From contig OX597824.1 in NCBI GenBank assembly GCA_951406725.2, forward strand, positions 6,014,001 to 6,078,000: DNA of 64,000 bases. Reading direction: 5' to 3'. Every line of letters begins with the position of its first letter. Position 1 is the stretch's first letter. The DNA comes from Octopus vulgaris (Eukaryota). This document shows, piece after piece, positions 1-14,815 of the stretch. The translations under genes were made by a program, and so were the position numbers. Below the pieces are notes generated by a model. It was not told the origin of the DNA, ran no database searches, and saw nothing but the letters and a program-made list of their open reading frames with translations.

Positions 1-212
1 ATTAACTCCAAAGCATATGCAGCGACTGATTGATTGATATTCACAGCTCCTCATTCTTATGGCGTTTGATGGGTGACGCCAGAGTTTTGATGTCAATTCT
101 GAATATCATTGATAAAAGAAATTGGGGAAATATGGCGCCTTGCCACATTATTTCTGAAGTTAACAAAACCACTTCATATGTGTGCAGTAACAATGGGGAA
201 CTAGATGCATAG

Positions 213-630
<418 letters not shown>

Positions 631-1210
631 ATGCTCACACATGTACATGCATAAATAGATACATGTATACACACCACCCACATACACATGCCTGTACACA
701 TATATACGTGTATACATATATATCACTTCGTATCACATCGTATCGTATCATTTAAGAGACATTCTTGCTTCCGTTCAAATTATCCTCCCTTCGAGAGACA
801 TGTAAATATATGCCGCGTGGCAAATGGGAAAGAAGATCTAATGAGAAGTGGGAATAGACTCAAGAATCATTAATTCTCAGGAATTAACATTGCCATTGAG
901 GAAAATGTATTCTGATTGTCTGCTGATAAGAGGATGACATGTATTTCTGCTTCAGTGAGTGTCTTTAGGACAATGATTATTTAGCTTTACCAGAAACAAG
1001 AAACATACACATACACGATAAGAGAAGAGAACATTTATATGAGAGGAAAGTTTTCGGACTCTAAGCGTAAACGCCCCATGTGAAACTGTTCACATGCATC
1101 AATGGCACTAAATGCGAATAAATGTATATGAAATCCATACACAACAATATCTTGAATCATTAAAAAGGTATGTGTGGACATGCCCGTATGCATATATCTG
1201 TATGTATATG

Positions 1211-1214
<4 letters not shown>

Positions 1215-1281
<67 letters not shown>

Positions 1282-1288
1282 AGATAGA

Positions 1289-1370
<82 letters not shown>

Positions 1371-1372
1371 TA

Positions 1373-1408
<36 letters not shown>

Positions 1409-1416
1409 AGACAGAC

Positions 1417-1477
<61 letters not shown>

Positions 1478-1482
1478 CAGAC

Positions 1483-1561
<79 letters not shown>

Positions 1562-1590
1562 CAGACGGACAGACACATAGACAGACAGCG
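1215..1590. repeat. (TA)n followed by (GATA)n microsatellite
   Basis: Direct reading; source of the IYLS-repeat ORFs. Confidence 0.95.
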
Positions 1591-1598
1591 GGACATAT

Positions 1599-1793
1599 TC
1601 TTTTGCATGTTTCAGTCATCTGAGTGCGGCCATGCTGGAACACCGCCTTTAGTCGAGCAAATCAACCCAAGGCATATGCTTTGTAAGCTAAGTACTTATT
1701 CTATCTGGCACTTTTTGCCTAACCGCTAAGTGACGAGGACGTAAACACACCAACATCGGTTGGCATGCGATTGTCTGGGACAAACACAAACAC
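1599..1793 (-). mobile_element. SINE family A (CORE-like tRNA SINE), 3' half, diverged
   Basis: Reverse complement of the 3' half of 9761-10170 (gtttcagtca..gcggccatgctgga..). Confidence 0.85.
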
Positions 1794-1894
1794 AAATAAC
1801 AAATGCATGGTCAAACACAAGCACGCACACACACACACACACATATATACATACATGTGTATACACATATGAATGTAGGGCTATGCATTCAATA

Positions 1895-2018
1895 TCGTTT
1901 AATTCAATCTAAGAATAGTAAAGTAGTTCAAAACTGGTAAAACTAGTAGAGATGTGTACTACCTCTACTATCTTTAACAGTTTTGTATTATTTTATTATT
2001 TTATATTGAATTAAACGA
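1895..2018. repeat. Old imperfect inverted repeat (~57-bp arms)
   Basis: tcgtttaattcaat..tagtagag (1895-1951) versus ctctacta..attgaattaaacga (1963-2018). Confidence 0.8.
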
Positions 2019-2198
2019 ATTTAATTTTTGGTGGATTATCTACTGGAGCACTCAGGGTGCATCCCTATTAGTTTAGGTTAGTTTCACCGAAACTTCCCAT
2101 ATCTTATACACATTTATATATGCGTGTGTGTGTGTGTATGTGTGTGTGTGTGTATAAGTGTGTGTGTGGGTGTATATATATATATATATATGTATGTA

Positions 2199-2259
<61 letters not shown>

Positions 2260-2429
2260 GAATATATGAATATATCTGTTATATATATTACGGAGACGTA
2301 CTTGCATAGCGAGTGACTTGATCTGAGACCGTGTGCTGGAACAAAAACAATTGCAGCGTGGAAGGTGTTTGTAAGCCATTTAAGAAACACACAAAACCGT
2401 TAGATTCACTTTAACATTTAAATTTGATA

Positions 2430-2476
2430 TGTCAATATATTTTCGTCGCTTTGAGACCGCGACCTGTTCACTGACA
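2430..2476 (-). ncRNA. Hammerhead-like motif with G3:C8-swapped core, inside a (TA)n-flanked insert (2288-2491)
   Basis: Minus strand TGTCA-GTGAACA-G-GTCGC..GCGAC-GAAA-ATAT-AT-TGACA. Confidence 0.55.
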
Positions 2477-2489
2477 AAGCATCGTGCTG

Positions 2490-2540
<51 letters not shown>

Positions 2541-2790
2541 TTTTCAATTGATGTACTGATATTGTTTATTTAGAATAATAAGGTAGTCAGAATATTGAAT
2601 GATTATATATATTTTTATTTCAATTTCAACTTGAAGCGCTTTCTTCCGTTATCGAATTTATGAAAAAGTGGATGAAAGTTACATTTCTTCGCCTTTTTAT
2701 ATATATAGCCGCCTTTGACTATATGTCAAATGAGAAAGGATAGAAGATTATTAAATACCGGTGCACTGGAATTAATATTGGGAGGCTGGG

Positions 2791-3110
2791 CATTTCATCA
2801 GCGACGATGACGTGTGGTCAACGTGATCCGGTCAACGGAACGGCCTGCTTGTGAAACTGATGTGAATGTAGCTGAGAGGGTCTTCATACATGCGTGCCAT
2901 TATTGTAGTTCTCGAAGGATTTGAGCGTAACCCACCAAATGTGCCAAGTTTGGCCTATTAAACTACACGTACAACACATTTTTGATAAAAGGCGGAGCAG
3001 GACGATCGTGAAATAAAGTGTCTTGCTCAAAGCCACAACACACCGCCAGGACCGAACTCATGACTTTACCATCGGGAGCCGAATGCATTTACCACTAAAG
3101 CACCTGCCCT
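2791..3110 (-). mobile_element. SINE family C (tRNA-derived), diverged
   Basis: Minus-strand head with A/B-box-like TAGTGG and GAGTTCGGTCC; body shared with 40541-40712. Confidence 0.7.
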
Positions 3111-3569
3111 GACATTATTGATTGGTCAGTTTAAAATAAACGCTGCTCGAGTGCAATCTTATTAACAAAGTTTTCGTTGATTTACCGTCATTTTAAATCG
3201 TTATCGCATGAAAATTGATATATTATTATTCCCCAAGTTTAATTATAGTTAAAAGCTAAATGTTTATAGACAATAAAACATGTCTGATGTGATTAAACTA
3301 TGAAATATTTGAATATCTTCCTGCGAATATATTAGCCATATAAATAGAAACAAGTTATTTCTTCCATATTACAAATTACATTATGTGAACAGTCGCATTA
3401 ATTCTTCCTTCTATTGACATTTATCATTTTCCTTCGGCTTCTCTGGAGTTTCTTCTCGAAAATCATGTTTTTCGTAAAATGGACAAAATACCAAGATATA
3501 ATCAGATTGCCAACAGGCTGCCATTGGATTGAAAACTACGTTTGCATTTCGAATAATTCTGTTTGTTGT

Positions 3570-3617
<48 letters not shown>

Positions 3618-3761
3618 AATTATTAGAGAGTTAACCACTATGTGGATAGCTCTAGTGCTAAAAATAGCTCCGATAGTATAACCACAGAAAAAGATGTTTC
3701 CAATTAGAAATAACATACATTTAACGGAAGGAAAGTGAAATATAACGAATAAATAGATTGA

Positions 3762-3837
3762 CCCTGAACAAATTGTTTCATTACTAATGTAATATGTAAT
3801 TTTACTTACATAAACATCTATAAATCATCAGCAGAGG
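3762..3837 (-). ncRNA. Degenerate type I hammerhead motif in (TA)n-flanked insert (~3612-4060)
   Basis: Minus strand CTG-CTGATGA..GAAAC-AATTT-GTT-CAG; stem II is weak. Confidence 0.5.
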
Positions 3838-5544
3838 TTTGTCTTTAATACAATTAATTAGACCAACACTAGCGTCAAAAACACGTGCGGTTTAATCAAT
3901 TGCATTTTTAGTTATGCCTCAAATTCCCCGCCAAAAGCATGCCAAGACTCTTTGGAAACGTATGCCGTATCAAATATTTCTCCATAGTTTTTGTGCTAAG
4001 CCACTCGGTGTTAAATTAATGGTATTATTTAACTAATATCAACTTTTCACCCTCATTTATAAATATATATATATATATATATATAATACCTTAAATGTAA
4101 AATTCTTCCCTGAAGCTGGAAGCTGGTAGTATCTGATGATGGAATTAAGTTACAAGCAATATTTTAGACCACCAAAACCCCAGAAATCCTGATATCATTT
4201 CCATTCTGTGTAACTCGAATTCATTTTATATGTATACATATATACATTTTTTTGTATTAAATGTATTTAATATTTATACTATATCCACTGCCCTTTGTAG
4301 ATTTTAAAAAATATTCTTAGTAGTCATATCATGCGAAGGAAGAGTTTTTAAAATTAAAACTTATTTATTATATAAAATATATCTAAAAGAATACAGAATG
4401 ATATTGGTCTTATGTAAAGAAGTGTTTGAAACGTGAAAACGCCTACGCCGTTTACAACTTTATACTTCTATCAAAGGAATCTTTGATTTGCGTCTCATGT
4501 ACTCTCAGTCGATATATTAATTTTTTCATGATTGGCAGAGAGAAAAACGAAACCATATATGTTGTATTTGATGTCAACCATAATGCGAAAGTCAATCACA
4601 GCTTACGTTCGGTAAAACAATACATTCCAATTTCATATCAATAATGAAAACTTCAGAAAAATAATTAAAATGTCAAATATTATGGAGATCCAAAGAACAA
4701 CCTTTGTAACAATTGCAATTTTTTCTATGTCTATTAATATGCTCCATCAGAGAACACAATAAAACAAAACTAAGACCACGTTTCATATATTTAGATGTTA
4801 TGACGGGAGATCAATAAGTCGTTAATAAAAAAAAAAACACCATAAAAACAACAGAAAATACACTTACCATCAAGAATGATTAAGTATAATTTTCAATAAA
4901 ATTTGAAAAGAAGGATGCATTTATGAGAAATATTTAATTGATGTAAGCTAAGGGCAAGGAATCTAATTACTTTAAGTAATGATGATATTAGGTACGATTT
5001 CAAGTATGCATGTATTTGTGTGCGTTTGCATACATGTGAATGTATCTGTATAGATGTGCGCATGTCAACGTATTCATATTCTGTTGATAGGAATAGAGCC
5101 ATATCTTATGGAGAATCACATTTTTAATAGAGAATCACATTTTTAAAAAAAATATTCTACTGGTAATTCAAAAGATACAGATTTGTCTCACGAAATGTGC
5201 CTGGGAATTATGGTAGGAGTAGAGATCTCTACGGAATGTTCTTTAATTTACACAATAATTGCAGAGAAGGTAATTCAGTTGCTCAAATAACTAGATATTC
5301 TGCACCAAATGACAGTGAGACACCAATATCAATACGAATGTAGATATATATATATACATACAGTTATGCATACACAAACACGCACACACATACACCCCGT
5401 CACATGTACATCCATCCAAACACACTCCCACATACATACACAGAGGTTTCCTTCTTGTATTCCCTGGGAGGGATTGAAGCGAGCCCTTTGATAAACCTAT
5501 GGTAGTACATATTTCTCAATGCTTCGAGAATATTCTTTTAATAA

Positions 5545-5612
<68 letters not shown>

Positions 5613-5619
5613 GTATATC

Positions 5620-6533
<914 letters not shown>

Positions 6534-6539
6534 TTCCAA

Positions 6540-6592
<53 letters not shown>

Positions 6593-6599
6593 TATATGT

Positions 6600-6683
<84 letters not shown>

Positions 6684-6691
6684 TTATACAA

Positions 6692-7126
6692 TGTTTAGCA
6701 ATAGGAACGGCAGAAGGCGATCATCACGATGGGCTCGGCCGATAGCCAGATTCATCCCACACGTGATAACAGCTGTTCAACATAACTGCACAAGTCGACA
6801 TAGCTCGGGCACCGCTCAAGTGCGTACAGTGCGTTTTATTGCGCGGTCGCTTCAAGAGGCATTTCCGTGTCTGTAGCTTTTATTTTGAATGGGAGTAACT
6901 CTCATTATCCCTGCTTGGCGGGGGATTTCTGGAATTTATCTGATTAGTCCCCAGTCCACTAGTCTTCCCAAACAGACCAGCTACTACACTCTTGTCCACT
7001 GTTAGATTTTCTCCGAGAACGCCAACACTTTTATCTACCACTTGATCTATATGTATTGCTAACGGAAACTTTCACCGATCACGTTGTCTGGCTGGAAGAG
7101 AGCGGTGAGGGTCTGGCGATATTTCA
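6692..7126. mobile_element. GC-richer insert, possible solo LTR
   Basis: Begins TG, ends CA, CpG-rich relative to flanks; no second copy or TSD seen. Confidence 0.25.
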
Positions 7127-8792
7127 AGAGAAAAGAAAATATTTGAACATGTTGCTGCTGATAATGATGATAAAAACGATAACTATATAACGATGGGAAC
7201 GAATAACAAAAGCATTAAAAAGGCAGGAATGCGAAAACAAAATGGAATCAACATAGCAGACGATAAATGGAAAGAAAGGATATTTTGATAGGAAGAGTGA
7301 AGAGAGCAACAGAAACGGGGGTAGACTTGGTCGTATGCACATACACACACATATACACACACAGGCACCCAACCATATATAATGTGTGTGTGCGTGTGTG
7401 TGTGTGTGTGGAAAGAGACAAAATGAAAAGAAAGGAATGAGGCGTAATACAGAGAAATCAAATAGAAAATAATAGATACATACGGGGATTGAACTGTGGG
7501 AAAGAGGATAGGAAAGTGTAAAGGAGAAGCGCTTTGTTGTATTTGATACTTGCGCAGATATTCTGAAATACATCTACAATGGAAGCGCTAGATTATTTAC
7601 TTGATAAACTCTTATTCTATTTGATACAAAGATAAAACTTCGCTAACACTACTAGAACTTCAACAGCAATAATAGCAGCCTACTGTCAAGAGTGACGAAT
7701 ATAACGTTAGAGAAATATTTCTTCAAATAAATATAATCTTTATCATTTGAAATTTCATAGAAATTTATCAGATATTGTTTATACTGCACCGACAGAAACA
7801 TCCTTTGTTTCTTCTACTCTGTTTAGTTTGTTTCCTAAACATTTCACACAAACTTTTGGCTTGCCACTAGACTAACATTCTGACGTGATGTGTACAATAC
7901 TGGATAATAACTATGTAAAATTACTGACGCATTAAACGCTGTTTAGATTCGATGTAATATTGTGTAAAGTTATGGTTTTAGAGAGGACAAGACGTGTAAA
8001 TTAAAGTAAATTAACTACACTAGACTGCCATAAACAACTGGCTTTTATACATCGTAATGTTCTTTAAGAGAATTGAGAAGTTTGTAGAAGAAAGTGCTGG
8101 CTAAAAGTCTTCAATTTATTCTACAGTGTAGTAATATAAGAAATTCCAATTAGAATTGTAATCCAATGAATAAAACGCATTTAAAATACATATATTTTGG
8201 GAGTGGAATCGTGAATTCGACATTATAATAAAAGATTTTAGATGACTAATCACTGGGGTACAGATCTTCAATGCTCACGCATGCGCACCCGCAGAGAAAC
8301 CTATTAATCAAGTGAGATTTCATGTCTAATCTCACTGGTTTATTCCACGCATTTATATACACGTACTCAAACTTTCATACTGACATCATCAAAAGTCAAA
8401 TAACAAACAGACTTTTCTTAGAATATTATATTTCTTCTTAATTTGCTTATGTTCATCTATAAGAGATATTTCCTTGGTTCACTTTGAATTTGGCTTTGGA
8501 TTATGTTGATAATTTTGAGTCAGCATATATTTTCGGACATATTACTTTGATTGTTATTTTATTCTTGTTTTACACCGGTTTTCGACATTGAAATATGCTG
8601 GCACAATTGAAACAATTGTTGGTTGTATATGGCGGAATCATCAACTAAAGATATAATTCTTCACCATTCTTGTTCTCATCGTCTAATACTCTGAATTTAT
8701 TGTTATCTGAGTGTTCGCATATATTTAACCAATTTTTTTTAATACGCACCTTCAAATACCGCCACACACACACATATATATACATACATAAT

Positions 8793-9123
<331 letters not shown>

Positions 9124-9135
9124 TGTATATACATG

Positions 9136-9210
9136 TGTATATGTAAATGCGCGTGTGTTCATTTATACATTTATACATAGAAATAGGCTTCTAAATATAT
9201 CTACATGTAC

Positions 9211-9246
<36 letters not shown>

Positions 9247-9321
9247 GTACATGTAGATATATTTAGAAGCATATTTCTATGTATAAATGTATAAATGAAC
9301 ACACGCGCATTTACATATACA
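9136..9321. repeat. Near-perfect palindrome centred on (TA)n
   Basis: tgtatatgtaaatgcgcgtgtgttc..catt-(TA)n-aatg..gaacacacgcgcatttacatataca, one mismatch. Confidence 0.9.
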
Positions 9322-9477
9322 TTTAATATTTATATCTATATGTATACATGTATGTATGCAGGTATGCATATATGTACGTATGTATATATGTATGTATCTA
9401 TCTATTAATTAATCAATCAATCAATCACTCAATATATATATTGAGTGATTGATTGATTAATAGATAGATACATACGT

Positions 9478-9666
9478 ACCTTTGGAACGCGGAGTAGATG
9501 AAACTGAGACAACTGAAGAAGGGGAATATTTCCTGTGTTGTATCTCTTGTTTCTCTGGGGTTTTTTTCGTTGCTTGAGAAAAAGTTCGTTTCTATGTTTT
9601 TGTTTTTATGTTTTCGTTTCTCATTGTTTTGAACGTTGTTTTGATGTCCTGTACCCATATATGCAT
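9478..9666 (+). mobile_element. 5'-truncated copy of the permuted-hammerhead element
   Basis: aacgcggagtaga..GACAA-CTGAAGA-AGGGG (9508-9524) and 3' end gatgtcctgtacccatatatgcat. Confidence 0.6.
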
Positions 9667-9719
9667 GTATATATACATATATATGTAGGTACGTACATAT
9701 ATGCATATATTTATATATT

Positions 9720-9760
<41 letters not shown>

Positions 9761-9762
<2 letters not shown>

Positions 9763-10170
9763 CGCAGGAGTGGCTGTATGGTAAGTAGCTTGCTAACCAG
9801 CCACATGGTTCCGGGTTCAGTCCCACTGCGTGGCATCTTGGGCAAGTGTTTTCTGCTATAGCCCCGGGCCGACCAAAGCCTTGTGAGTGGATTTGGTAGA
9901 CGGAAACTGAAAGAAGCCTGTCGTATATATGTATATATATATATAAGTGTGTGTGTATATGTTTGTGTGTCTGTGTTTGTCCCCCTAGCATTGCTTGACA
10001 ACCGATGCTGGTGTGTTTACGTCCCCGTCACTTAGCGGTTCGGCAAAAGCGACCGATAGAATAAGTACTGGGCTTACAAAGAATAAGTCCCGGGGTCGAT
10101 TTGCTCGACTAAAGGCGGTGCTCCAGCATGGCCGCAGTCAAATTACTGAAACAAGTAAAAGAGTAAAAAA
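9761..10170 (+). mobile_element. SINE family A, full length (tRNA head, CORE-like segment, internal TA/TG microsatellite)
   Basis: ggcgcaggagtggctg..tggtaag (A box), gggttcagtccc (B box), cttgggcaagtg CORE-like motif, tail actgaaacaagtaaaagag; about 9 copies in the window. Confidence 0.9.
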
Positions 10171-10186
10171 ATGAGCAAAAGAGATA

Positions 10187-10240
<54 letters not shown>

Positions 10241-10967
10241 GACGCACACACAATCCACACATCCACACACGCACACATCCTTTGTGGGCTTCTGCACAGT
10301 TTCTGCCCAACTAAATGCTACCTTCAATGCATTTGTCAATCAGAAGTACACGGCCTATAACACCAGCTCAAAACCCCACGTAGAAATATCGAACCCAGAT
10401 CTGCTGGTTTGCGAGGCAAACTCAACATTTATGTGACTTTATATTTTTATGTTCCCTCTTACGAATGACAAACGAATTCTTTAAAATATTATTACAAATG
10501 TCCTGTAGAACTCGCCACCCACATCCTAATGGTTTCCTATATTTGTATCTGATTTATGTCGTGTTGTTTCCAAATGAATAATAAATAATATTTTATAAAT
10601 ATTATGTTTCTGTAATTCTTCCTGTATTATGTATTTCTTTCACGAACGAAAACCAGCTTAAAACTCTGAACAGTTTAAGCCATCGTAGGAGGTTAATTCA
10701 AGTCAATTTAGCTTATAAATATAATTCGGTTCTACTAATGCTCGGGAGCTTTCACCTTGGGTAATCTTGTCATATTTTACCTAATTTGAAATAAAATAAT
10801 GATGACTCCGTGACACTAAAATGGTAATTTGGTATCTCGGCATGATGAATGCAAAACCAAAATGTTCATTTTAGTTTCACTTTTTTTCTGAAATATATGA
10901 TGCATTGATCTTTTGTTCAGACGTTTGTGGGGGTACATGCACTATAAACTTTTTTTGATTTTTGAAG

Positions 10968-11236
10968 AGTAGAAGTGGCTGTGTGGTAAGTAGCTTGCTT
11001 ACGAACCACATGGTTCCGGTTTCAGTCCCACTGCATGGCACTTTGGGTAAGGGCCTTCTACTATGGCTTCGGGCCGACCAAGGCCTTATGAGTGGATTTG
11101 GTAGACGGAAACTGAAAGAAGCCCGTCGTATATATGTAAATGTATATATATGTGAGTGTGTTTGTGTGTCTGTGTTTGTCCTCCCCAACATCATTTGACA
11201 ACCGATGCAGGTGTGTTTACGTCCCTGTAACTTAGC
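10968..11236 (+). mobile_element. SINE family A, 3'-truncated
   Basis: Aligns with the first two thirds of 9761-10170. Confidence 0.88.
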
Positions 11237-11568
11237 TCTGCCTTCGTCAGTTGAATATGCCAGATGGGTACATAAATACAAATATATATACAGAACACAC
11301 GTTATACTAACATATACGAACGTCTTTACATATATATATATATATTAATCAATTTAGGGTAGCAAAAAATTCAATAGAAATTATTTTGCCACCAGCGGTC
11401 TAGTGAGAAAGAGGAAATAGTCAGAGACTATGAATAAATTCAACAACAATTGAGGAACGGCTACAATAGGCCGTTCGACCCACTAGAAATAGCAGCCAGG
11501 GCTCCAACCGCAAATAGTAGTAATTCCGAAATCTAAGGAAAAATTAAAAAAACATTTACCCTGTTCTT

Positions 11569-11679
11569 CTTTAGACAATGCATTGTTTCGGCGTTTTTTA
11601 ATGGTAAACCAGCCTGATTAAATTAAATTAAACTTAATCAAGTCAATCTTCCAAAAGGCCAACGCGCTCATCAGTAAAG
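11569..11679 (-). ncRNA. Type I hammerhead ribozyme motif
   Basis: Minus strand CTTTA-CTGATGA-G(C)GCGTT..AACGCC-GAAAC-AATGCATT-GTC-TAAAG; palindromic stem III; GUC site. Confidence 0.75.
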
Positions 11680-11749
11680 GAACCAGAAGGGACAGAAATT
11701 ACATGAGGCAGCTACCTCCATGCCTAGGTAATATATGATATAATATATA

Positions 11750-11842
<93 letters not shown>

Positions 11843-12639
11843 AGTATGTACAAGACAAGTTCATATTGCTCGCCAATCACCTCACGAGCGCGATATGGTC
11901 AAAAATAAACACCGTAGTGAATACAATGACGAATTATAGAAATTTCTAAATAAGGATAGTATCGATATTTAAATATCGATCTTATCAAGTGGCCAGCATG
12001 GGAATAAATACCATAAGGCAGAGCTTATTGGGAGCAAAGCCACAAATCAAGGATCTTGAATTATCCAGTAAAATCTTTTCTGCTTAGTTTATTTTGTCTC
12101 TCTGTCTTATCTCATGGTGCGATATGAACACTTAAAGTGATTTTTGGAGTCGTGGTCTTGACTGCTATTTCGGCATGGTGGCATCTCTCAGATATCCTTA
12201 TTTATAGTTTTATATATATATATGTGATTTGAGGGAATTTCGATTATATGTAATTTTCTAGATGGTGTAATTTAATTTTTCATTTTGTTTTGATAAAAGG
12301 TGATTTATTCTAATTTATATATATATATATATAAGAGAGAGTACTGTAGTTTTATATTTTATATTCCTAACTTAATACTGAAACCATTTTATTAATGAAA
12401 TTCCTTTTTCTTCAAAGGTTTACCCGCAAAAGCTAACAGTACCTCATTTTTGACTCTAAGATCATGTGGCTGTTATAAAAACAAATCTATATGATCCTGG
12501 CAAAGAGTTCTAAGAATAACTGAAAAAGGAATATTATTCCGAAATATCATATCAGACTATAGATGACTAAATTACAACAGGTATATAGCCCATTATCTGT
12601 ATTATAGTGCATTGTTGTACCATTCGAAACTTTTTTATT

Positions 12640-12708
<69 letters not shown>

Positions 12709-12782
12709 ACATACATATATACTTATATATGTATATATATACATATATATGTATGAATGTATATACATATATATATATATAT

Positions 12783-13000
12783 ATAATATAAGGGACATTA
12801 GCCAACTGAATATGGCTAGGGACAGGGCAGGGTGGTGGGGGTGTCACTGTTGCATTTAGCCCCAGGCGAACATCAACGGGGCTAAATGCAACATTGACAC
12901 CCCCACCACCCTGCCCTGTCCCTAGCCATATTCAGTTGGCTAATGTCCCTTATATTATGGAGCAGTCACTGTCTATATCTCATTTAGAGAATTATTATTG

Positions 13001-13002
<2 letters not shown>
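12783..13002. mobile_element. (TA)n-flanked fold-back insert (81-bp arms, 14-nt spacer, unique tail)
   Basis: 12783-12863 is the reverse complement of 12878-12958 with one mismatch. Confidence 0.8.
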
Positions 13003-13045
<43 letters not shown>

Positions 13046-13201
13046 CATATATGTTAACACCCGCCGCTTTGAGAGGGTATATATCCACTGCAGCAATAGC
13101 AACCCGCCAGCAAATACACGAAGCATATATGTGAAGTATATGTAGTTAATGCTATTTATTGTACCAGCGCTGCTTTTATTTCGTATCTAAATATATATTT
13201 A

Positions 13202-13328
<127 letters not shown>

Positions 13329-14669
13329 GCAGAAAGCTTTTAATGTACCATATTTTCACTCTATATCGTTCTGCAATATTAGATGTGAGTACTTTTTATT
13401 CACTTAGTTGATGGCTTTTTTGCATTTCGACTTATCCCAGCCTTCTGTGGCTTACATGCATTCCACTTCTTCTGTAGAAAGTTCTTGTTTGGTAGGAACC
13501 TGTACTTTTGTTTTAAATCTACCTTCGATCTGTTCTTTTTGTTTCTCCTTCAGTCTACTTTTTCACTGCTTTACAGAACAATCTCCCTCTTTCTCTCTCC
13601 CTCTCTTTCTCTCTTCCTTTCTCTGTCTGCCTATCTCTCTGTCTCTGTTTGTCTCTCTGTCTCTGTCTCTCTCCCTCTCTCACACACATACACAAACGCA
13701 CAGCCACACTCGTACACGCATCCCATTTATTCCCATCTCATTATATATCATTTTTACTTTCAAAGAAATTCCGTTTCAACCGAAATGCACGTATTGAAAA
13801 AAGAAAGTGTGGCAGGAATGTTCATAGGGGTGTGTGTATAATTTTACCTTTTACTTCATTCATTTCTTTATACTGTTCCACCTTTTATCCACCACTCTAT
13901 TTTTATTATTTCCTCCTTCTTAATTTCCGCGCACAACTCTTCTCTTCTCTCTTTTTACCAGAATTTCTTTGCGAATATTGTTTTGCAAATAAAATCCTTT
14001 TCAACCGAAATCTTCTAACGGAAAACACTTTAAGTAATCTTTCAACTTCTGCTCTCTTAGTATATTAGATAATTTCTATTTTACCTCTGATTCAACGAAT
14101 GTCTATTTATTAAATAACAATCTTATTTTACCCCCGTAATATAATCTTGAGAGATTATATTAAACTAGGTACGCCGGCTTACACGAACAACACATTCTTT
14201 GTTGCAATAGTGATCTAACAGTCTACTGATGTCTGTCCATTTTTGATGCTATAATATTGCCATAGAACACACCGACTGACTTTAACCCATACTGTGTGTG
14301 TAATTTAATTAAAATTGTTACACAGGTCAGCCAAAAGCAGCTAGCAATCTTCCCATACAGTTTCACAGTGAACAGAAAAAGTAAAGATCGACAGATATTG
14401 TTTCAGTGCGCTTTGCGGTTTCATCATAAAACGACTATATCTCTCTCACTAATGAAGTCATCAAATAAATCAATATGTGGCATTGCTTTGCCTGGAGCTT
14501 TCAACCCCTTCGTGGATTTGTAGGGTAACCGACTAAATATACAGCGTATGTTGAGAATTTCTTGAACCGGCAGAACGTATCCTTCTCTGATCCATTTCGC
14601 ATTTGATTCCCTCCAGAATGGATCAAGTCTGACATGCGGAAAGAAATGGTGGCAGAGAGGAAGAGACGA

Positions 14670-14815
14670 GAATTGATCCTGGCAAAGAGTAGTTTATTTC
14701 TCCACACCAAGACAAAGTTCACTGCAATGGGATTTGAACTCAGAACGTAAAGTGCTGGAAAGGTTACCGTAAAGCAGTCTGTTCCACGCTTTAAGAATTC
14801 TGTCGAGTGACCTTC
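14670..14815 (-). mobile_element. SINE family B, old fragment
   Basis: gatttgaactcagaacgtaa motif shared with 57826-58059. Confidence 0.55.

Noticed and set aside
1895-2018. A-to-G differences between the arms as a fossil of RNA editing
   Set aside because: Only three such changes among about nine differences; indistinguishable from ordinary decay
4128-4200. CTGATGA-TGG..CCA-GAAA hammerhead-like motif
   Set aside because: Stem I cannot be paired convincingly; at best a decayed copy
9761-9835. tRNA gene-like heads of the SINEs
   Set aside because: They have A/B boxes but continue into repeated SINE bodies; not tRNA genes
12520-12553. CTGAAAAA-GGAAT/ATTCC-GAAA-TATCATATC motif
   Set aside because: Core G8 is missing and there is no stem I
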